DNA from: an uncultured Acidobacteriota bacterium
GTDB lineage: Bacteria; Acidobacteriota; Terriglobia; Terriglobales; Acidobacteriaceae
Assembly (NCBI GenBank): GCA_963823295.1
Contig: CAWGLF010000017.1
Span: forward strand, 66,750 to 130,749
Direction: 5' to 3'
DNA length: 64,000 nucleotides
Below are positions 57,541-64,000 of this stretch, piece by piece; the first letter of the stretch is position 1; every line of letters begins with the position of its first letter. Made by a program: the position numbers and the translations under genes. The notes under the pieces are model-generated. The model saw only the letters and a program-made list of their open reading frames with translations. It searched no databases and was not told the origin of the DNA.

Positions 57541-60500
57541 ATGAGACGAATTCCTGAAGAGGCAAGCGACGCAGGACATGCCACAAGTTCTTGCCGGCTG
57601 CTGTACCGACTATGGCCCGTAATTTTGTTCAGTGCCCTGTTGGGTGTCGGCCTGGTTGCGACGCAGAGTGTCGCCCAGACAGTCAATGCGACCCTTCGAG
57701 GCACAGCGAGAGATAGCTCCGGGGCTAGCCTTGTTGGAGCAAAGGTGACCTTGTCGGAGCCGGCGACAGGGCGGGTCGTACGACAGGCCGTATCCTCCGC
57801 GACAGGCGACTACGAATTTGACGAGTTGCAGCCAGGCACCTATGAACTCCGCTGCGATGCGCCTGGCTTCAAATCCTTTGTGGCTCAAAGCATTCTGCTG
57901 GACCCCGGACAGATTCGACGAGTGGATCCAGTTTTGGCCATCGGCGCGACGGCGACTCAGGTGGTTGTCTCGGCGGGCGCTGCTGTCATCAATACGGAGT
58001 CCGCTACTATATCTGCGACATTCAGTGCGGCGCAGAATGAAAGAACCCCGCTGGTCAACATTTATCCAAGCACGTATTCGTTGTTGACAACGGCTTCGGG
58101 GGTACAGGGAGGCTACGGCGGTTTTCCCGTAATGGATGGTCAGCAGCAAACTAACGAGTCCCAGGTATTTGACGGAATCCCGAATGATCTGCAGGGCGAG
58201 CAGAATAACAATTCTAATTTCTTTGCAGAGACCTCGGTTACGACCTCAAACGCCCCGGCCGAAAGTGCGGTACCAGCCGAGATTACTCTAATCACTCACC
58301 GCGGCAGCAATACCATCCATGGTGTTGCGAGCTACAAGATCTATGATTCCGTGCTCAACGCGTCGGAGTATTTCCCGCCACCCAAGACGCCGTATATCCA
58401 GCATGAATGGAATCTTGCAGCGGGTGGCCCGATCTACAAAAATCGTGCATTTTTCTACGGAGAATGGTTTGCGCAACGAATTCCGCTCGGCACGCCCTAT
58501 CTCATAAGCGTTCCTACGCCCGCATGGCGCCAGGGGCAGTTTTCGCAAACAATCATTGATCCCGGCACTGGCGCGCCCTTTCCAGGCAACAAAATTCCTG
58601 CCAATCGTATAAGTCCTGTGTCTCTGGCCATCCAGAACACGTACTATCCCGCGCCTACGGGACCATATGCCAGCTTACCGCCAACCAACAACTATCCCTT
58701 CGAATTCCCATTCAATAGCGATTTATTCAAGGGAGACTGGCCCATGGGGCGGGTTGATTACAACCTGACAAAAAATAATTCATTATTTGTCCGATGGTTG
58801 TTGCGAGAGACACCATATGTTCTCAACGATGGCGTTCCGAAGGCGGTCTGGACACGCGTGCGACGCCAACAGCAGTGGGCGATCGGCGATACTCACATTT
58901 TTTCTCCACACGTCGACAACAACTTCAGATTAGGCCTGGAATTCGACTACATGGATGACGGCCAGACAGAACGGGGCCAGAAGCCGCCGAATGGTGCTGC
59001 TGCTCTGGCTGCTGTGGGCTTACAGGGTTCTAACCCAAGCGGCTCGACAGGTCAGGGACTTCCTACAATCAATATTAGCGGCCTGCAAGGAATTGCGGAC
59101 GTTCCGGGCGGACTAAAAATAGATGATCGGCTCGTTACCGTGTCAGACTCCGCAGATTGGCAGGTTGGCCGCCACGTCTGGAAATTTGGTTTCATTGTTC
59201 AGCGTTATAAGAACGGCTATGGCTTTGTGAACGATTACGGCACGGTTACCTTCGATGGGTCGGTTACCGGAAATCCGTATGCCGATTTCCTGCTGGGCAT
59301 CCCGCAATCGAGTGCGCGTACCAATCCACTTCCGAGCCGTAGTCAATACGTCGGCGATTTCGGCATCTACGCTCAGGACAATTATCAGATAAGCAATAGA
59401 CTCACTCTCAACTACGGTCTCCGATATGACTACTATGGAACTCCATCGGCTCCTGACCACCTGATGTACAACTTTGATCCGTCTACCGGTGATGTGGTTG
59501 TCGATCCAGCGGCGATCTCCAAAGTCAGCCCGCTGTATCCTTCGACAATAAAGGTGGTACCCGGGGCTGTTCAGGCCATCTCAGACAAGACAAACTTCGC
59601 TCCGCGTGTAGGTGCTGCCTACCGGCTCAGCCAGCATTCTGTGATTCGCGGTGGTTATGGCGTTTATACCGCGCGCCTGGATGGGGATATCGGTCCCAAT
59701 GGCGCAGGCAGCTATAACAATTTCGAACTGATCAATCCGCAGTTAGGATCGACGGGACCATTTTCCATCACGCAAACCTATCTAAATGTCTTGGGACCCC
59801 CGGGCCAACCGCCGCTCCTGCAGTTTCCCAATCCTTATCCGGCAAGCACGTCGCTTGCCGCCGTTCCTAGTCAAACCGTGTACGGGTATCCCAGACAGTC
59901 GAGTCTTGGAAGGATTCAGCAGTTTAGCGGCACTTATGAGAGAGAGATCGGCAACATTGGCCTGCGTGCCTCCTATGTCGGCTCCCGAAGTTCAGGGCTG
60001 AACTACTTGGTCAACATAGACCTGCCGCAGCCGAGCACAATTCCATTTACTTCGAGCAGGCGGCCTTACCCGCAATTCTTTCAAACTTTCTACACCTACT
60101 ATAACGGAAGCGCCAAATACGATGGGCTTCAGTTAGAAGCCCTGCGGCGCGCCGGCAGCTTCACCTTCGATGCTAACTATAGTTACCAGCGGAGCATCGC
60201 CAACTATCTCGATACGGAGAATCCTTATAATGTGCTCAGTCATTGGTCGAATGATGGACCCACGATGCGCCACTATGCTTCCATAACAGCATCCTGGACT
60301 CTGCCCTTCGGCAAAGGGCACCGATATTTATCTCATGCCTCGCCGATGGTTGAGAGGGCGGCGGGAGGCTGGGTTTTGACCTCGCTCACCTATCTGGGTT
60401 CGGGCATTTGGTATTCACCCTCATATTCCGGCTCGGATTCCTCGAACACGGGAACCTTCGGAGGCTTGCCAGATCGGGTCGGTAATCCGTATTCCTTCCC

Positions 60501-60834
60501 GGGCGGTAAGGGAAGGCTGGACGCGTTCAATGATGCCGCGTTTGCAGTTCCCAAGAATGGAACGTTCGGTGATGCGAAGCCATTCAGTCTGGAGAATCAG
60601 CATTTATATATCACGCACTTGGGAATTCTGAAAGTAATCCCCATCACCCATCGCCTCACGTTTCACTTTATGACCCAGATATCGAATCTGCTCAATCACC
60701 CTGAGTTCCTCCCGCCGAGCGGAGACATCTCGGTGCCGGGCGGCAACCAATACACATCCCAACTTGGCGTCTTCAGCTCGCTTGAGCGTGGAACGCCACG
60801 ACAGATCACATTTCAAGGAGCTTTCAGGTTCTAG
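57541..60834 (+). CDS. TonB-dependent receptor with CarboxypepD_reg N-domain (intact)
   Basis: 1097 aa. Hydrophobic leader, NATLRGTARDSSGASLVGAKVTLSEPATGRVVRQAVSSATGDYEFDELQPGTYELRCDAPGF (CarboxypepD_reg), long beta-barrel, C-terminal ...GTPRQITFQGAFRF (terminal aromatic). Confidence 0.85.
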   Translation: MRRIPEEASDAGHATSSCRLLYRLWPVILFSALLGVGLVATQSVAQTVNATLRGTARDSSGASLVGAKVTLSEPATGRVVRQAVSSATGDYEFDELQPGTYELRCDAPGFKSFVAQSILLDPGQIRRVDPVLAIGATATQVVVSAGAAVINTESATISATFSAAQNERTPLVNIYPSTYSLLTTASGVQGGYGGFPVMDGQQQTNESQVFDGIPNDLQGEQNNNSNFFAETSVTTSNAPAESAVPAEITLITHRGSNTIHGVASYKIYDSVLNASEYFPPPKTPYIQHEWNLAAGGPIYKNRAFFYGEWFAQRIPLGTPYLISVPTPAWRQGQFSQTIIDPGTGAPFPGNKIPANRISPVSLAIQNTYYPAPTGPYASLPPTNNYPFEFPFNSDLFKGDWPMGRVDYNLTKNNSLFVRWLLRETPYVLNDGVPKAVWTRVRRQQQWAIGDTHIFSPHVDNNFRLGLEFDYMDDGQTERGQKPPNGAAALAAVGLQGSNPSGSTGQGLPTINISGLQGIADVPGGLKIDDRLVTVSDSADWQVGRHVWKFGFIVQRYKNGYGFVNDYGTVTFDGSVTGNPYADFLLGIPQSSARTNPLPSRSQYVGDFGIYAQDNYQISNRLTLNYGLRYDYYGTPSAPDHLMYNFDPSTGDVVVDPAAISKVSPLYPSTIKVVPGAVQAISDKTNFAPRVGAAYRLSQHSVIRGGYGVYTARLDGDIGPNGAGSYNNFELINPQLGSTGPFSITQTYLNVLGPPGQPPLLQFPNPYPASTSLAAVPSQTVYGYPRQSSLGRIQQFSGTYEREIGNIGLRASYVGSRSSGLNYLVNIDLPQPSTIPFTSSRRPYPQFFQTFYTYYNGSAKYDGLQLEALRRAGSFTFDANYSYQRSIANYLDTENPYNVLSHWSNDGPTMRHYASITASWTLPFGKGHRYLSHASPMVERAAGGWVLTSLTYLGSGIWYSPSYSGSDSSNTGTFGGLPDRVGNPYSFPGGKGRLDAFNDAAFAVPKNGTFGDAKPFSLENQHLYITHLGILKVIPITHRLTFHFMTQISNLLNHPEFLPPSGDISVPGGNQYTSQLGVFSSLERGTPRQITFQGAFRF

Positions 60835-61053
60835 AACGTTCTTTGAGGTGCTCGCGGTCCCGCATCGATTAGCGACGGAATTCAGGGGAGTGTTCACTTG
60901 TAAATTGTCGTTGTGAGCATGGCTGGTTCTCCGCTTATAGGCAAACCACCACGATGTGCTGCTTCCCGGAATATATGATGAATGACAGCAATGGCTGGCC
61001 AATAACATCGCAGCTACGCTGTTACCAACGGCAAGTCGGTTCGGGGGATTGTT

Positions 61054-63117
61054 GTGACGAATATTAATATAAGGCGCACTGTATGTTTTCTTTTTTCAGT
61101 CTGGTGCGCCTTCAGCTTTTCCCGACAGATGCAAGCACAAGCTCCACTGCCGATGATGCCGCTTCCCGCGCACGTTGTTCAGGGCCAAGGCCAATTTCTT
61201 GTTGACGGGAGTTTCGGGATCACGTTACAGGGCTATACGGAGCCTCGCCTGTTGCGCGCGCGCCAGCGGTTTTTGGATACGCTTTCGCGGGAAACAGGCA
61301 TTCCTCTTTGGTGGCAGGCGCAATTCAACCAACCTAAATTCATCATTAAAACCGGAGGATCAGGCGAGGCGGTGCAGCAACTCGGAGAGGATGAGTCCTA
61401 TCATTTGACCGTTTCTCCCACCCAGGTGCAGCTAACTGCCGCGAACCCGTTAGGCACGCTCCACGGTTTACAGACGTTTTTGCAATTGGTAAGGATCACG
61501 CCTCAGGGCTTCACCGTTCCCGCAGTCACGATCGATGACAGTCCGCGGTTCCCCTGGCGGGGGCTGATGATTGACGTCAGTCGCCACTTCATCCCCATAC
61601 CGGTTATTGAGCGCGATTTGGATGGTATGGAGGCGGTGAAGCTGAATGTCTTCCATTGGCATCTCTCGGACGACCAGGGATTCCGCGTCGAGAGCAAGAA
61701 GTTCCCCCTGCTTCAGGAAAAAGGATCGAACGGTCTCTACTACACGCAGGACCAAATTCGCGAAGTGATCGAATATGCGCGGGACCGGGGAATACGTGTG
61801 GTTCCTGAGTTCGACATGCCATGTCATACCACTTCATGGTTCGTCGGCTATCCTCAGCTGGCGAGCGGGAAAGGTCCTTACCATATAGCTATCCATATGG
61901 GTGTCCATAGCGCCGCGATGGATCCCACTAAGGATTCCACATACAAATTTCTCGATTCATTTATCAAGGAGATGACGGGGCTATTCCCGGACAGATACTT
62001 CCATATCGGGGGCGATGAATGCAATGGTAAGGAATGGAATGCCAACCCGCAGATTCAGAGTTTCATGCACGCTCACAATATTGCCAGCAATGCGGCGCTG
62101 CAGGCGTATTTCACCGCCAGGGTACAGAAGCTGATCGCCAAGCACCACAAGATTATGGAGGGTTGGGATGAGGTGTTGCAGCCTGAAACTCCGAAGGATG
62201 TCATGATTCAATCCTGGCGCGGCCTGGCTTCTCTGGCGCAAGCGGCGCAACAAGGGAATCGCGGAATTCTCTCTACCCCTTACTACCTGAATTTAGATTC
62301 TCCGACTTCGCAGTATTATCTGGCGGACCCATTGGGCGACGGCGCGGCTACGCTGAATCCGGAGCAGAAGGCGCGCATTTTGGGTGGCGAAGCAGCCATG
62401 TGGGCCGAGTTTGTCACGCCGGATACTATCAACAGCCAAATCTGGCCGTATCTGGCGGCAATCGCGGAGCGGTTCTGGTCGCCGCAGCAGATGCGGGATG
62501 TCAATTCCATGTACCAGAGGCTCGCGATTACATCGCTGAAGCTGGAGTATTACGGACTGACTTCTCGTGCCGATGTGAATCGAATGTTGCAGCGCATGAG
62601 CGGAGTTCCCGATCCCGCGCCGCTGAAGGTTCTTGCCTCCGTGGTCCAGGCTCCGACCGGATACGATCGATATTCTCTCGAAGATCGTGGAGGTGGAAAC
62701 TATACCACCTCTACACCGCTGAACAGGCTTGTGGATGTGGTGCCGCCGGAAAGTGAGACCGCACGTAAGTTTAACGATCTAGTCAAACGGATCATCGGTG
62801 GGCAGGCAACTCCTGAAGAATGGCAGCAAGCTCGACAATCGCTGACTTTATGGCGGGATAACGACGCCCAACTCCAGCCCATGCTGATCCAGTCCAATCT
62901 CACGAAAGAACTGGTTCCGATCTCGCATGGTTTGAACCAGGTTGCGGCGATCGGTTTGCAGGCTTTGGACAATCTGAAGAACAATCAGACCGTCACCACA
63001 GCGCAGCGTCAGCAGGATATCGAAGCAGTTAAATCCGCTGAGCAGCCCCATGCTGTTTTGCGGGATATGATCGCACCTTCAGTAGAATTGCTCGTGCAAG
63101 CAACAAGAATGGAGTAG
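61054..63117 (+). CDS. Beta-N-acetylhexosaminidase (GH20)
   Basis: GTG start, signal peptide. Motifs: DSPRFPWRGLMIDVSRHF, LNVFHWHLSDDQGFR, FHIGGDE (catalytic D-E pair), GGEAAMWAE. Confidence 0.85.
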   Translation: MTNINIRRTVCFLFSVWCAFSFSRQMQAQAPLPMMPLPAHVVQGQGQFLVDGSFGITLQGYTEPRLLRARQRFLDTLSRETGIPLWWQAQFNQPKFIIKTGGSGEAVQQLGEDESYHLTVSPTQVQLTAANPLGTLHGLQTFLQLVRITPQGFTVPAVTIDDSPRFPWRGLMIDVSRHFIPIPVIERDLDGMEAVKLNVFHWHLSDDQGFRVESKKFPLLQEKGSNGLYYTQDQIREVIEYARDRGIRVVPEFDMPCHTTSWFVGYPQLASGKGPYHIAIHMGVHSAAMDPTKDSTYKFLDSFIKEMTGLFPDRYFHIGGDECNGKEWNANPQIQSFMHAHNIASNAALQAYFTARVQKLIAKHHKIMEGWDEVLQPETPKDVMIQSWRGLASLAQAAQQGNRGILSTPYYLNLDSPTSQYYLADPLGDGAATLNPEQKARILGGEAAMWAEFVTPDTINSQIWPYLAAIAERFWSPQQMRDVNSMYQRLAITSLKLEYYGLTSRADVNRMLQRMSGVPDPAPLKVLASVVQAPTGYDRYSLEDRGGGNYTTSTPLNRLVDVVPPESETARKFNDLVKRIIGGQATPEEWQQARQSLTLWRDNDAQLQPMLIQSNLTKELVPISHGLNQVAAIGLQALDNLKNNQTVTTAQRQQDIEAVKSAEQPHAVLRDMIAPSVELLVQATRME

Positions 63118-63240
63118 AGGATGAACGATTTGACTCAGAGCCAAACTTGTAAAATTGCTAACGCTCCCAGCGTGTCGATGATAGCTGTTGATGCTGAGAT
63201 TACTTCTGTTGCTGGAAATCCTAACTATTGTGGAGTATTA

Positions 63241-64000
63241 ATGCCTATCCGAACTTTATGTGTGCGTCGCCTCTCACCCATTATGCTGGCGATCTTAGTA
63301 GCGGTCGTCTGCTGTGTGGCTTTTCCCGGTCTCGCTGCACCGGCGAATAGTGCACGGCAGTTAGCTGCTACTCCGCCGATGGGCTGGAATGACTGGGCCC
63401 ATTACGAATGCAACTTTACGTCTCAGACAATTCTGGACAATGCCAAGGAACTGGTGAAGACCGGCCTGGCGGCACACGGCTACAACACGGTGACGATTGA
63501 CGATTGCTGGATGCAGAAAGATCGCGATGCTCACGGTAACCTGCAGGTGGATCCGAAGCGTTTTCCAAAAGGAATGAAACCGGTGGCGGACGAAGTTCAC
63601 CGCCTGGGTCTTAAATTCGGCATTTACGAAGATTCCGGCTATCAGACTTGCGGTAAATTCGCCGGCAGCGGCCAGCCGAATGGCGGAGGGAAAGACCACT
63701 TCGTGCAGGATACCCGGCTATTTGCATCGTGGGGTGTCGATTACCTGAAACTAGACGGCTGCAACGTGTATGTACCCCAGGGTGTCACACAGGCCGAAGC
63801 CTATCGCAGGGCCTACGCGGCGCAGAGTGCAGCTCTGAAAGCGGTGGGAAGGCCGATCGTTTTCTCGGAATCGGCTCCGGCGTATTTTCAGGGCACGCCC
63901 GATTGGTACGATGTGCTGCGCTGGGTTCGGGATTACGGACAACTCTGGCGCGAAGGAACAGACGTGGAAGTCTTCAGAACCAGCAAACCGGATGCTGGGC
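63241..64000 (+). CDS. GH27 alpha-galactosidase / alpha-N-acetylgalactosaminidase family, 5' part (continues beyond window end)
   Basis: MPIRTLCVRRLSPIMLAILVAVVCCVAFPGLAAP signal. Motifs: TPPMGWNDWAHYEC, VTIDDCWM, GLKFGIYED, VDYLKLDGCN. Not in the ORF track because there is no stop in the window. Confidence 0.8.
   Translation, partial: MPIRTLCVRRLSPIMLAILVAVVCCVAFPGLAAPANSARQLAATPPMGWNDWAHYECNFTSQTILDNAKELVKTGLAAHGYNTVTIDDCWMQKDRDAHGNLQVDPKRFPKGMKPVADEVHRLGLKFGIYEDSGYQTCGKFAGSGQPNGGGKDHFVQDTRLFASWGVDYLKLDGCNVYVPQGVTQAEAYRRAYAAQSAALKAVGRPIVFSESAPAYFQGTPDWYDVLRWVRDYGQLWREGTDVEVFRTSKPDAG

Noticed and set aside
1-64000. Search for CRISPR arrays, tRNA/rRNA genes, IS elements, integrases and prophage genes
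   Set aside because: I noticed no regularly spaced direct repeats, no cloverleaf-like or rRNA-like segments in the intergenic regions, and no transposase, integrase or recombinase motifs in any frame. This was a scan by eye, so a small ncRNA could have been missed.

Overview
GC-rich bacterial chromosomal segment. Its gene content looks acidobacterial: CarboxypepD_reg-type TonB-dependent receptors, many Sec/Tat-exported glycoside hydrolases, PQQ dehydrogenases and a large TPR protein. That taxonomic call is an inference from gene content only. About 50 protein-coding loci are supported. I recognised no rRNA, tRNA, CRISPR array, transposase, integrase or phage genes.

Layout:
- 1-16.5 kb: mixed housekeeping and hydrolases. 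These include the xseA 5' part, a CheY-like receiver, a K+ channel, a deoxyhypusine-synthase homologue, a Zn-ADH, a dGTPase, a TPR protein, a Tat-exported GH-like protein and a GH78 rhamnosidase.
- 16.9-36.9 kb: one uninterrupted plus-strand run. In order: RraA-like, NagB-like, TonB receptor, dihaem cytochrome c, three twin-arginine-leader SelA-like PLP enzymes, a PQQ alcohol-dehydrogenase-family enzyme, a three-domain RidA fusion plus a single RidA, a bicupin, an SMP-30 lactonase, a second RraA-like protein and an aldonate-type MFS transporter.
- 37-53 kb: M50 protease, an eqolisin-like secreted protein, a tiny His-rich lipoprotein, cupin-DUF2249, DUF488, Crp/Fnr, MFS, GH5, a SASA esterase, an amidohydrolase, an SDR, a PQQ/cytochrome c quinohaemoprotein and a GH37-like trehalase.
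- 53-64 kb: GH5, two tandem Tat-leader PIG-L deacetylases, then LacI placed divergently from TonB receptor, GH20 and GH27.

The 16.9-36.9 kb run is the best candidate for an undescribed system. I read it as an extracytoplasmic amino-sugar / amino-aldonate oxidation-deamination pathway, which is a hypothesis from composition.

About 20 single-base frame disruptions split otherwise recognisable genes, several at short homopolymers. This is either systematic indel error or extensive pseudogenisation. All functional calls rest on motif recognition by eye; no database search was run.
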